A stretch of 64,000 bases of DNA from Bacilli bacterium (GTDB lineage Bacteria; Bacillota_I; Bacilli_A; RFN20; CAG-826). Below the pieces are notes generated by a model that saw only the letters and a list, made by a program, of their open reading frames with translations, searched no databases and was not told where the DNA came from. How positions within the stretch are numbered: position 1 is the first letter of the stretch; each line of letters starts with the position of its first letter. This document shows positions 52,087 to 62,193 of the stretch, piece by piece. Both the position numbers and the translations under genes were made by a program. The stretch lies in contig JAGCDH010000004.1 in the NCBI GenBank assembly GCA_017651165.1, forward strand, positions 5,096-69,095. The letters run 5' to 3'.

Positions 52087-53034
52087 ATGGAATTAGTAAC
52101 GATATCAAGGCGTAATAATCCGTTTAGGAAATTTGGCAGAAAAGCTTTGCAAAGCAAATATCTCATCATGATGATATTGCCTGCAGTGGTTTTCTATGTC
52201 ATTTTCAATTACTTGCCAATGTACGGTATTGTTTTAGCCTTCAAGAGTTTCAATCCAATTAAGGGTGTTATCAATTCGCCTTGGAATGGCTTTGATAACT
52301 TTAAAGAAGTATTTAAAGATCCAAACTTCTGGCCAGTATTTGGTAACACTTTAATTATTGGTTCAGTCAAAATTGTGATTGGCTTTTTAGGTGCGGTGAT
52401 TACCGCGATCCTTCTTAACGAATTAAGAATGAGAAGAACGAAGAAGACCATTCAAACAATTGTCACTTTCCCACACTTCTTGTCCTGGATTGTTATTTCC
52501 GGTTTCGTGTTTTCACTTTTTGCTTATCACGGCGCAGTGAACTCAGTCATCGAAGCCTCGGGTGGACAGCCAGTTCAATTCTTAAGAAATAAACCGTTCT
52601 TCTTCTTCCTTATTTTCGCCACAGATATTTGGAAAGAAGCAGGCTGGGGTTCAATTATTTACTTAGCCACAATGGCGGGCATCCCACAAGATCAATACGA
52701 AGCTGCGGATATCGATGGTGCTTCACGTTTACAAAAGATTTGGCATATTACCTTACCTGGTATTAAGTCAGTCGCTATTTTGTTATTAATTATGTCTGTC
52801 GGTGGTGTTCTTTCCGCGGGATTTGATCAATTATTGAACTTAACTCCTCGTGCGTTAGAAGGAAAAATCGATATCATCGATACTTATATTTATCGTAACT
52901 ATATTGGTGAGGTTGACCCATCACAAGTTGGTATCGGTGCGGCGATTGGTCTATTTAAATCAGTGATAGGCTTTGTCCTTGTTATTACAGTCGATAGAAT
53001 TGCCAAAGCCTTTGGTGAAAGGGGGATTATCTAA
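52087..53034 (+). CDS. Carbohydrate ABC transporter permease (LplB type)
   Basis: Six TM helices. It has the LplB-type N-terminus (KYLIMMILPAVVFYVIFNYLPMYGIVLAFK) and the EAA loop YEAADIDGASRLQKIWHITLPGI. Confidence 0.85.
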   Translation: MELVTISRRNNPFRKFGRKALQSKYLIMMILPAVVFYVIFNYLPMYGIVLAFKSFNPIKGVINSPWNGFDNFKEVFKDPNFWPVFGNTLIIGSVKIVIGFLGAVITAILLNELRMRRTKKTIQTIVTFPHFLSWIVISGFVFSLFAYHGAVNSVIEASGGQPVQFLRNKPFFFFLIFATDIWKEAGWGSIIYLATMAGIPQDQYEAADIDGASRLQKIWHITLPGIKSVAILLLIMSVGGVLSAGFDQLLNLTPRALEGKIDIIDTYIYRNYIGEVDPSQVGIGAAIGLFKSVIGFVLVITVDRIAKAFGERGII

Positions 53035-53036
53035 TT

Positions 53037-53942
53037 ATGAAAAAACAACAATTAGAAAGATTACCTCTTAGACCAAAACGCTCTTCTAGAGAAACAAGAA
53101 TCCAAGGCATTGATATTGTTATTTGCATTATCCTTGTCTTCTTCGCGTTATTGATTATTTTCCCATTCTGGCATGCCTTTGTGATCTCTATTTCTAGTAA
53201 AGACGCTTATTCCAGAAACAGTTTCTTATTATGGCCAACTGAATTAGATTTCACTGCCTACAAGATGGTTTTCTCAGACATGCGTCTATGGAATGGCTAT
53301 AAGATAACACTCCTTCTTCTCTTTGTGGGTACTCTGTACCAGTTATTCTTTACCGTTATTACTGGTTATGCCTTATCAAGGAAGAAATGGGTTGGTAAAA
53401 ACTTTGTCATGAATATGATTCTTGTGACAATGTTCTTTGGCGGCGGTTTGATTCCTTATTATTATTTAATTCAAAGCCTAGGCATGATGAACAGTGTTCT
53501 CGTCATGATTATTCCTGGTGCGATTGATACATTCAACATGCTCTTAATGAGAAACTACTTCGCTTCATTACCAGCAGAAATGGAAGAAAGCGCGAAGATT
53601 GATGGTGCAAATGATATCGTCACATTCGTAAAGATTTTCTTACCATTATCCTTACCAATGTTAGCGACAGTCGGCTTATTCTTCGCTGTTGGTAACTGGA
53701 ACTCCTGGTATAACGCGATGATCTTTATTAGTGATTCATCCAAGTGGCCATTACAAATGGTCTTAAAAGATATGATCAGTGAAATGTCTTCACAGATGGA
53801 AACCCCAACTGCGACGGAGACTTTCTCCGAAGGTATGACAATGGCGGCGATTTTCTTCACCATTGTCCCAATTATGTGTTTCTATCCTTTCTTACAAAGA
53901 TTTTTTGTAAAAGGTATTGTAGTAGGTGCTATTAAAGGATAA
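53037..53942 (+). CDS. Carbohydrate ABC transporter permease (LplC type)
   Basis: Six TM helices and the EAA loop EESAKIDGANDIVTFVKIFLPLS. Confidence 0.85.
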   Translation: MKKQQLERLPLRPKRSSRETRIQGIDIVICIILVFFALLIIFPFWHAFVISISSKDAYSRNSFLLWPTELDFTAYKMVFSDMRLWNGYKITLLLLFVGTLYQLFFTVITGYALSRKKWVGKNFVMNMILVTMFFGGGLIPYYYLIQSLGMMNSVLVMIIPGAIDTFNMLLMRNYFASLPAEMEESAKIDGANDIVTFVKIFLPLSLPMLATVGLFFAVGNWNSWYNAMIFISDSSKWPLQMVLKDMISEMSSQMETPTATETFSEGMTMAAIFFTIVPIMCFYPFLQRFFVKGIVVGAIKG

Positions 53943-53962
53943 ATATAGGAGGTTTTATATTT

Positions 53963-55612
53963 ATGAAAAAAGCAAAACTATTATGCGGAGCTTGCCTAAC
54001 CGCGTTAATGAGCGTGACCGCTCTCACCGCCTGTGGAGGTGGTAGTAATGGTGCAGATAAGTACGATAAGAACAATCGTCTTATCTTAAACCTTAGAAAC
54101 GTCTATTTCGATCAATGGAATGGCGAAGACAATTACACCGAAATACTTAACGAGATGTTTGGTGTAAAGATTAAAGCCACAAACTATTCCTATTCCAGCT
54201 GGGATACGCAAGTTGGTACCGCAATTAATGGTGACAATTTAACTGACGCTATTCAATACAATCTCAAAGCGTATAACTTTGGTTCAAGTTATGAAAAATG
54301 GGTTGGTTACGGATTATTAAAACCATTACCAGATGATATGTCCAGATGGCCTGAGATTCAAAAGATGCTCAACAATATTAGTAATATTGATTACTTGAAA
54401 GTCGATGGCAAATTGTACGGCATCCCAATCGCTAATGACATTAGCAATCCAACCAAAGACTTCTCCAATATGACTTATGTTTATCGTCGTGACTGGGCAA
54501 AACAAATCGACGAAATGAACAAGAATACCGCTGGATGGACCAACGTCTATAAAGAAGGCGACGTTTACACTTGGGAAGAATTCAATCGTTTATTAACGGC
54601 TTTCAAGACAAATATTAAGACATTATCAGGGACTGATAAGGCTGATGTTCTTGTTGATGAAGCGTGGGGCTTCCCATCAGTGGCTAATTTCTATAAAAAC
54701 GCGCCACACTGCTACACTAAAGATAGTGATGGCAAAGCCATTAATGCATTTACCGCTCCTGAATATCTTAACGGTTTAGATGCCGCTAAAGAACTTGTTG
54801 CAAACAAGATTTATTCTCCAGATCAATGTAACTGGAAAGAAGAAGGCGGAGATGCGACCACAAATTATCTCGGTGGTAAAGCCGCAGTTCTTTATGATAA
54901 CTTCTCCTTCTCTAACTATCTCAAACTCAGAACAAACTTCAAGAACCAACGTAAACCTGGCTCTGTTGATGCCTTAAACGATGGTACAGCGTTCTTAAAG
55001 ATTAAAGGTCCAGATGGTAAATTCGCGATTGAAAATACTGAAAACTGGTTCTCTATGACTATGTTTAACCACAAGATTTCTGATACCAAATTAGAAAAGA
55101 TTCTTGATGTTATTAATTATTTATTAACTGATGAAGGTACCAGACTTGCTATTTATGGTCAAGAAGGCTATGACTACACTATGGATTCAGTCACTGGTGA
55201 AGTAACCCTCAATGAAATGAGCTGGGAAAAGAACATCAATACCGGTGAATATGCTCCAAAAACAAATGGTGCTAAATACTTACGCTATATGGCGACCTTA
55301 GGTAATGATACAAAAGCTTATGACCCATATACTGATTTAACTGCGTATAACATTTTCAACGCTTGGAACGATGAAATGAAAGCCGCTAAAGAGGCTGGTG
55401 ATTTAAGAATTATCGTTGAACCAGCGGATATCAGTTGGATGTCAACCGCCACTAAAAATAAGAGAACCAAAGCCAATCTTGATGCTGCAAAAGGTTTAGC
55501 GTCTGATTACTGCTATGGTGACATTAATCAAACAAAATACATTAACGATGTCGAAGGTCTCAATGGCTATAAAGACGCTATTGATGAAATTAATGCTAAG
55601 TTAGGAAAATAA
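53963..55612 (+). CDS. Extracellular solute-binding lipoprotein (large LplA-type SBP)
   Basis: Lipobox ALTAC. Its 549-aa size and position right after the two permeases fit the type. RBS TAGGAGG. Confidence 0.8.
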   Translation: MKKAKLLCGACLTALMSVTALTACGGGSNGADKYDKNNRLILNLRNVYFDQWNGEDNYTEILNEMFGVKIKATNYSYSSWDTQVGTAINGDNLTDAIQYNLKAYNFGSSYEKWVGYGLLKPLPDDMSRWPEIQKMLNNISNIDYLKVDGKLYGIPIANDISNPTKDFSNMTYVYRRDWAKQIDEMNKNTAGWTNVYKEGDVYTWEEFNRLLTAFKTNIKTLSGTDKADVLVDEAWGFPSVANFYKNAPHCYTKDSDGKAINAFTAPEYLNGLDAAKELVANKIYSPDQCNWKEEGGDATTNYLGGKAAVLYDNFSFSNYLKLRTNFKNQRKPGSVDALNDGTAFLKIKGPDGKFAIENTENWFSMTMFNHKISDTKLEKILDVINYLLTDEGTRLAIYGQEGYDYTMDSVTGEVTLNEMSWEKNINTGEYAPKTNGAKYLRYMATLGNDTKAYDPYTDLTAYNIFNAWNDEMKAAKEAGDLRIIVEPADISWMSTATKNKRTKANLDAAKGLASDYCYGDINQTKYINDVEGLNGYKDAIDEINAKLGK

Positions 55613-55615
55613 TTT

Positions 55616-57160
55616 ATGAACAAGACGAACAAAATATTATCCCTTGCATTGTTGTCGTCTTGCATTGTTGCTGTGTCTGGTTGTAACGGAAACGGAAATA
55701 AAAGAGAGGCTGACAAAGACAATATTGTCTTTATTAAAGATGATATCGTTTTAGACTCCTTTGAAGGCTTAGGCGTGGAATGGGGTACTTATGAAGACCC
55801 CGATAAACTCTCCGCTAGTTCGTGGGCCAGATCCTTAGAAATTATGGATCGCCTCAATCCACAAGTAACAAGATGTATGTTGAACTACGACTGGTTTATC
55901 ACCAACTTTGATGATAAGTACGATGATGATAAAACCAACGATACATGGGAATACAACTTTGCAAACAAATACATGAACAATACTGTGAATGTTTTAAGGT
56001 ATTGTGATGACCATAATATCGATGTGGCTTTCGGTTGCTGGAATGTGCCAGGTAATGTTGGTGCGGACCAATACAATATGTTTACCGAAGTCACTAGCGA
56101 TCCTCGATGGGCTCGGATGACCGCAGATATTCTCGAATATCTCACCGTCAACCAAGGTATCAGATGTATTAAATATTTCGTTAACTCCAACGAACCAAAC
56201 TACTCTGGTATTGAAGGTAAATCTAAAAACTATAACAACACTTTTGAGATTTGGGCTAAAGGTGTACAAAACGTCAGAAAAGCTCTTGATGAAAGAGGAT
56301 TAGGCCATATTAAGATTGTTGGTGGAGATACGACTGGCTTTGAAGGTACTGAAGAATACTTTACTGGTATTTCAAAGAGCAAATCTATCAGAGAAGCCGT
56401 TGGTGACTATGGCTTCCACGTTTATTGTCCAAACATGACCATCGATAGAGGCGAATTAGCCGTAAATATCAGAGGCGTGTATAAGAAAACCAAGAAAAAC
56501 GATAGCCAATTAGGCGTGACCAGAATGCCACATATTTGGGAAGCCGGCTTATATGATGGCAAAAACGCTGAAACAGATAGTAACGCGTTAATCGCTAACT
56601 TCTCTTATGGTCTCAGAATGGCGGACTACACATTGCAGTGTGTGACCGCGGGTGTTAATTCTATTGTTTATTGGGACTTCGATGATGGTATGCACTTCAT
56701 GTATCACGAAGATGGTACTACCAACTCTAAAGGTTGGGGCATGTTCTCATCCTTAAGCACTGATAGTGCGACCAAACAAAGATTAAGACCTTGGTATCAT
56801 TCTTCTGTCTTATTAACCAACTTATTGCGCAAGGGCAGTAAGATTATGGACTATCCAACGAATGATCCTGAAATTGACAATGCTTTTAGAAGCATGGGTG
56901 TCATCGGTCCAGGTAGTTCTTATGCTGGCGTGGTGGCCATCAATAGAAATATGATGCCTGTCACTAAGACATTTAGAATTGCAGAAGAATTCATTAATTC
57001 AAACAAAGTTTATGTTTATATTTATAACGAAAACGAACTACAACTTGGTGATGATGGTTTCGTGAAAGAAAACCAAGTGATTGACGCGAGCCTTAGAGAT
57101 CAAATTGAGATTTCTGTTCCTGGCAATACGATGGTCATTCTTTCCAGCAAGGAGTTATAG
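55616..57160 (+). CDS. Lipoprotein, putative clan GH-A (TIM-barrel) glycoside hydrolase
   Basis: Lipobox AVSGC. It has a candidate acid/base NEP motif (FVNSNEPNY) and a candidate nucleophile Glu (HIWEAGL). The family cannot be resolved by eye. Confidence 0.4.
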   Translation: MNKTNKILSLALLSSCIVAVSGCNGNGNKREADKDNIVFIKDDIVLDSFEGLGVEWGTYEDPDKLSASSWARSLEIMDRLNPQVTRCMLNYDWFITNFDDKYDDDKTNDTWEYNFANKYMNNTVNVLRYCDDHNIDVAFGCWNVPGNVGADQYNMFTEVTSDPRWARMTADILEYLTVNQGIRCIKYFVNSNEPNYSGIEGKSKNYNNTFEIWAKGVQNVRKALDERGLGHIKIVGGDTTGFEGTEEYFTGISKSKSIREAVGDYGFHVYCPNMTIDRGELAVNIRGVYKKTKKNDSQLGVTRMPHIWEAGLYDGKNAETDSNALIANFSYGLRMADYTLQCVTAGVNSIVYWDFDDGMHFMYHEDGTTNSKGWGMFSSLSTDSATKQRLRPWYHSSVLLTNLLRKGSKIMDYPTNDPEIDNAFRSMGVIGPGSSYAGVVAINRNMMPVTKTFRIAEEFINSNKVYVYIYNENELQLGDDGFVKENQVIDASLRDQIEISVPGNTMVILSSKEL

Positions 57161-57163
57161 ACT

Positions 57164-59887
57164 ATGAAAAAAAGATTCTTAGGTTTATTATTCCTTCCAT
57201 TAGTGTTAGGAGCTTGTAGTGGTAACGGTGGCGGTATTCCAGATTATAGCTACGATAGCCACACCGTTAATCATGAACGCCATAGTGGCGCGATTTCAGA
57301 TTTCAATTTGATTGGCCCAGTTAATAGTTTTGTTGTTGAAGGCAACTATACTTTTACTTGGGAACAACAATCAAATAATGTTGACTACTACATTTTAGAA
57401 ATCGCTAGCACAGAAGCCTTTGTCACTGATGATAATGACGAGGTTTATGTTAGAGAAAGTAATATTTCAAATAACAGATTCTATTTGAATTATTCACTTC
57501 CAAAAAAAGACATCCTCTATTATTGGAAAGTTACCGCGATTAATAAAGATAGTCGTAAGGTGTGTAATGCCTCCGATACTTTCTTTTATAAATCCACAAG
57601 CGTGGGTGAACTTCCAATTACTATTGAAGACGAACAAGATTGGGTCTTGCACAAAGAAGGTAGTTACGCCGATATCAAAATAGATAGAAACGACTTCTTT
57701 GGTACAGGCAAAGATTCTTTAGCGATTATCTTTGACAAAGAACATACCAATCAAGGCATTCCTTCCAGCGATGGTTGGATTGTTATTACTAAAAATGAAG
57801 ACCGTGAATTATATGGCACGGATGCCTTCTATTTTAACTTCTATTATTCAGGACACGACGCCACTGTTTTAGTGCGTGTTCTTGATTATGATGGTGAGTA
57901 CTGGCATAAACAAGTGCAAATCGCCAATAACTCTAAACAAACAGTCATTGTTAAATATAGTGATTTTGAATTAAGAACCGCTGGTACGAACATCTTTAAT
58001 CGAAAGTTCGACTGGGAGCACATTCGTTATTTTGAAATCGTCTTTGAAAGAACGTTTGGCGATGGTATTTGCTTATTAAGCGATATCAAAGCGGTGCAAT
58101 TTAATAACTATAAAAATATGTTCGTCGATAAGATGGATTTCAAGAGCACAGATCCAAAAGATTGGACCTATGAAAATTACGACTTTAGAAACGAAATGGT
58201 TATTTCTGAAGATGGTAATGAAATCACATTGAATTACACCGCCAAAAACGCTGAAACAAATCCAAACGGTTTCAATGGTTATGGCTTCCAAAACATCAAT
58301 GTCTACAAGTTCTTTGTGGAAGGCGATGCGATTAGGATGAAAGTCAAATATACGGGAACTGGTAGTAATGCAACATTCTATTTCCGTATTCTTGAAGAAG
58401 ATAACGATAGATGGCAGTTTAAGATTCCTTTCACATATTTCGTGAGAGACGAATATAAAGAACTCGTTATTCCTCTTAAAGCGTTCCAAAGAACCGATTA
58501 CATGACAGGTGATGGCGCTAAGCAGTTCTATTTCATTCAAAAGTTTAATGTCGGCTTAGCGGAAAACTACTCAACTGGCTCTATTTCCATTAAAGACTTA
58601 GAAGTCATCAAGATTGATGATATTGTTGCAAATCGCAAAAAAACCGTTAGCGCTAATGGCTGTATTGAAGACTTTAATAATTACAACATCTATACCGAAA
58701 TCTATTACTACTGGGAACAAAGCACAGTCAATAAAGACGAAGCGATGAAGCTTGATACCACTCACAAAGCGGGTGGTGCTGACAATACATATTGTGCGGA
58801 ATTCGATTATAAAGCCGATATGGAAATGGCATCCTATCAACTCTATATGGATGCTAGTGCCGCTACAGACAAAAACGCTTTCTCCATTTGGCTAAAAGAT
58901 GCTTCTGTGAAACCAGATGATGCCGTAGTTGCTTATTTAAGTGATGAAGAAGTAGCCGCTGAAATGACTATTCAATTAACGATGGATTCTGGTGAATGGT
59001 ACCGCTATATCATTCCAGTCGTCGGTAAAGAATGGCAAAAGTATACACTCGCCTTTAACGACGTTATGGTCAAAGACGAAGAAGGCAATGTCACTCATAA
59101 TGGTTGGTTCCTCGAAAACGAAAGATCATTAGTGGACCAACCAAATCCATTAAGTAGTGAACACATTATTCATATGGCCTTTGGCTTTAAGTATTTCTAC
59201 TATGATCAAACTGGTAAAGCCCATCCAACATACGCGATCGCTAATCCAGTTTATATTGATGAAATTTATTTCACCAATGCTTCAGAAACAAGCATTGAAG
59301 AATTATCAGGCACCATAAAAGAAGATGCTGATGGTTCTGGTAGAATTACCGTGGAAACCATGGAAGATTATGCATCTTCAGAAGAAATCTTCGATTATTG
59401 GAGTTACGGCAATGATTTGTCCTATCGCTTGATTGAATTATCCAATGAAGTTTCTAAACAGGGTGGTAGCCATTCTATCAAGATGCACTATAAAGGTAGC
59501 GAATCAGTCTCGTATGCTAGAAAGACATTATTTGCTAAGACTGTGACCGCTAGAAGTGTCATGTTAGATATTAAAGGCGATGGCAAAGCCACAGTGTATT
59601 TGAACCTCAACTGGCGTGTGTCTTCAAATTCATTATTAAAGATGAGATATGCAATTACTAACATTCCAACTACTTGGACGCACTTCGAAATTGGCTTTGA
59701 ATTATTTAAAGACGCTAATAGTCCTACTAATACTAAGACAATAGGCTTAAATGACGCCAAGAATATTGAATCTATTTCCTTTGGCATTGTTAACAATAGT
59801 AGTTCTGAAAGTGATATCTATGTCGATAACTTAAGGCTCTATAAAGAAGGCGAATACGATGACAACATCAGAACACCCATTAATTAG
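57164..59887 (+). CDS. Giant lipoprotein with an FN3-like N-terminus and four CBM-like modules
   Basis: Lipobox VLGAC. Modules begin ITIEDEQDW, KMDFKSTDPKDW, CIEDFNNY and TMEDYASS, and end LSDIKAVQF, IKDLEVIKI, YIDEIYFT and YVDNLRLY. Confidence 0.65.
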   Translation: MKKRFLGLLFLPLVLGACSGNGGGIPDYSYDSHTVNHERHSGAISDFNLIGPVNSFVVEGNYTFTWEQQSNNVDYYILEIASTEAFVTDDNDEVYVRESNISNNRFYLNYSLPKKDILYYWKVTAINKDSRKVCNASDTFFYKSTSVGELPITIEDEQDWVLHKEGSYADIKIDRNDFFGTGKDSLAIIFDKEHTNQGIPSSDGWIVITKNEDRELYGTDAFYFNFYYSGHDATVLVRVLDYDGEYWHKQVQIANNSKQTVIVKYSDFELRTAGTNIFNRKFDWEHIRYFEIVFERTFGDGICLLSDIKAVQFNNYKNMFVDKMDFKSTDPKDWTYENYDFRNEMVISEDGNEITLNYTAKNAETNPNGFNGYGFQNINVYKFFVEGDAIRMKVKYTGTGSNATFYFRILEEDNDRWQFKIPFTYFVRDEYKELVIPLKAFQRTDYMTGDGAKQFYFIQKFNVGLAENYSTGSISIKDLEVIKIDDIVANRKKTVSANGCIEDFNNYNIYTEIYYYWEQSTVNKDEAMKLDTTHKAGGADNTYCAEFDYKADMEMASYQLYMDASAATDKNAFSIWLKDASVKPDDAVVAYLSDEEVAAEMTIQLTMDSGEWYRYIIPVVGKEWQKYTLAFNDVMVKDEEGNVTHNGWFLENERSLVDQPNPLSSEHIIHMAFGFKYFYYDQTGKAHPTYAIANPVYIDEIYFTNASETSIEELSGTIKEDADGSGRITVETMEDYASSEEIFDYWSYGNDLSYRLIELSNEVSKQGGSHSIKMHYKGSESVSYARKTLFAKTVTARSVMLDIKGDGKATVYLNLNWRVSSNSLLKMRYAITNIPTTWTHFEIGFELFKDANSPTNTKTIGLNDAKNIESISFGIVNNSSSESDIYVDNLRLYKEGEYDDNIRTPIN

Positions 59888-59898
59888 GAGGTAAGGGT

Positions 59899-60915
59899 AT
59901 GAAATTTGAAAAATATAAAAACAATCCAATCTTAAAACCAAACCCCAATAATCAATGGGAAGAGCTTTGTGTTTTAAATCCTGCCGCGGTTTATAACGAA
60001 GAAGATCAAACCTTCTATATGGTTTACCGTGCCGCAGGTAACGATAAGACACACCTCATTCATTTAGGCTTAGCCACTAGTAAAGACGGCATTAACTTTA
60101 CCCGTGTATCAGATAAACCATTATTAAGTGGTGATCCAAATGGCTTAGATGCGGGTGGCTGTGAAGACCCAAGACTTGTGAAGATGGGCGATTATTTCTA
60201 TCTCACCTATGCTTCTCGTCCATTCCCTCCAGGTCAATATTGGAGAGAAGACAAAGAGTATTTTGGTTTTAAACCAGAATATGGCCCAAAAGTCTTAGTG
60301 TGGAATAACACTTTGACCCATTTGGCGATTTCTAAAGATTTAAGAAACTGGAAAAAGCTTGGACCAATGACTGATTCACATTTTGATGATCGCGATGTCA
60401 TTCTTTTCCCAGAACCAATTAACGGCAAATTCTATATGCTCTCAAGAGCAATGGAAAGATGCGGTAAGGGTTACCCAAACAAGAATCCAGCGATTTGGCT
60501 ATCTGAAAGCGATGACTTATTACACTGGGATAATTACAAACTTCTCATGCAAGGTGAAACCGATTGGGAAGATAAAAAGATTGGTGCGGGTACCCCTCCA
60601 ATCAAAACCAAAGATGGTTGGCTAGTGCTCTATCATGGCGTCTCATCCAAAGATGATGCCTATCGAGTGGGCGCTATCCTCTTAGATTTAAATAATCCAT
60701 TTAAGATTATTGCTAGAACAAAAGATTTCTTAATGGAACCAGCGGAACCATATGAAACTAATGGTTATTACAATGGTTGTGTTTTCCCAACCGCTGTCGT
60801 ACCAAAGGATGGCACCTTATACATCTATTATGGTGCGGGTGATAAAGTCGTTTGTTTAGCGACATGTAAAGAAGCAGAACTTCTCAAATACTTAAAGGAG
60901 GAATGCCATGAATAA
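59899..60915 (+). CDS. GH130-family beta-mannoside phosphorylase/hydrolase (second copy, different subfamily)
   Basis: KYKNNPILKP, VLNPAAVYNEEDQTFYMVYRA, ATSKDGINF, GCEDPRLVKMGDYFYLTYA, GAGTPPIKT and GWLVLYHG. Confidence 0.85.
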   Translation: MKFEKYKNNPILKPNPNNQWEELCVLNPAAVYNEEDQTFYMVYRAAGNDKTHLIHLGLATSKDGINFTRVSDKPLLSGDPNGLDAGGCEDPRLVKMGDYFYLTYASRPFPPGQYWREDKEYFGFKPEYGPKVLVWNNTLTHLAISKDLRNWKKLGPMTDSHFDDRDVILFPEPINGKFYMLSRAMERCGKGYPNKNPAIWLSESDDLLHWDNYKLLMQGETDWEDKKIGAGTPPIKTKDGWLVLYHGVSSKDDAYRVGAILLDLNNPFKIIARTKDFLMEPAEPYETNGYYNGCVFPTAVVPKDGTLYIYYGAGDKVVCLATCKEAELLKYLKEECHE

Positions 60916-62191
60916 GAAATTATTATTACCTGTTTTAGGCTTAACTCTTACTGGTGTAGTAACAGTAGGTGTTGTATCTCATGGTGTCTATGCTACTGAA
61001 CCACAAGTACGTACCTATATCGTGGATTATTTCAAAAACTTCCAAAGAGAAGAGTTCACTTTATCTAACGGTCAAAAAGGTAAAGGCAATAACTTGCTCT
61101 ATTTAAGTGTTGAAGCTAAAGAATATTGTTTATTAGAAAAACCAGAAGACCCAGTTAGAGAAAGATATGAATTCCAAGGTTGGTATTTAGAAGAGAAGTG
61201 CGAACATGAATGGGATTTCGCTAACGATAGAATGATTAGTGGAAACCTCAGATTATTCGCTAAATGGGGTGTCACTCAAAAAGAAGAAGGCGTGGAACCA
61301 GAATACACACCTCCATCAACAGTTTTAGAAGAAAGTGCAACTACTGACTATGTCATTAACTCTGTGATGAACTTTAAGATTACTAACAATCAAATTAAAG
61401 TCAGCAAAGCAGCGTTATTAAAGTTAGACGCTAACAAAGATAACGTCCTTCCACTAATGGAATACAAAGTTAAAGCAAGTAAGACGATTACTGCGACTTA
61501 TGCTTCTAATAACATCACTGTGACTTGTGGTAATTCCACTCAAACCATTCAAGTAAAAGACGATTCACTTAACTTAGAGGTTGATAATTCTACCTATGAA
61601 TCAAAGGCCAAGAATTATGAGAATAAAGCCCTTGAAGAAGATAGCTATCATGTTATGTTGGCTGGTTCTTCCTCAATCGAATTCTGGACTTCTTCTAAAG
61701 AAGATTTGGATCCAGTAGTGAGCTTTAACCATGGTATTGGTGGCACCACTATTGAACAGTGGGATGAAAAACTTAATCAAAGATTAGTGTATCCATATAA
61801 ACCAAAAATGGTGGTCTACTATGTTGGCATCAATAATGTCATCAACTCCAAGGAAGACGCTACCACAATTTGGAATCGTTTAGAAAAGTTCTTTAATGAT
61901 ACACATGAAGCCTTACCTGATACCAAAGTGCAATATATCTTAATGAATTTGATTCCTAACTATAAATCATACTTTGGTGTCATTAATTCAGTTAATGCGA
62001 ATGTGATTGAATATCAAAAGAGCAATACATGGCTCACTTTAATCAATCCAGGAGAAGCGTTAATCAAAGCAAATGGTGAACCAAACGCCGCTTACTTTAG
62101 AACAGATGGTTTGCACCTTTCATATTATGGCTATGAAGTCTGGGGCGAGATCATCAAACAATCAATTTTTGAAGGATTAGAAAACAAATAA
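60908..62191 (+). CDS. Membrane-anchored SGNH/GDSL esterase with a Flg_new repeat
   Basis: N-terminal signal anchor. The Flg_new-like segment is YEFQGWYLEE...WDFANDRM...LFAKW. SGNH blocks: MLAGSSSIEFW (I), GIGGTT (II), YVGINN (III) and DGLHLS (V). Strong RBS AAAGGAGGAA. It overlaps the GH130 gene by 8 nt. Confidence 0.65.
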   Translation: MNKKLLLPVLGLTLTGVVTVGVVSHGVYATEPQVRTYIVDYFKNFQREEFTLSNGQKGKGNNLLYLSVEAKEYCLLEKPEDPVRERYEFQGWYLEEKCEHEWDFANDRMISGNLRLFAKWGVTQKEEGVEPEYTPPSTVLEESATTDYVINSVMNFKITNNQIKVSKAALLKLDANKDNVLPLMEYKVKASKTITATYASNNITVTCGNSTQTIQVKDDSLNLEVDNSTYESKAKNYENKALEEDSYHVMLAGSSSIEFWTSSKEDLDPVVSFNHGIGGTTIEQWDEKLNQRLVYPYKPKMVVYYVGINNVINSKEDATTIWNRLEKFFNDTHEALPDTKVQYILMNLIPNYKSYFGVINSVNANVIEYQKSNTWLTLINPGEALIKANGEPNAAYFRTDGLHLSYYGYEVWGEIIKQSIFEGLENK

Positions 62192-62193
62192 TT

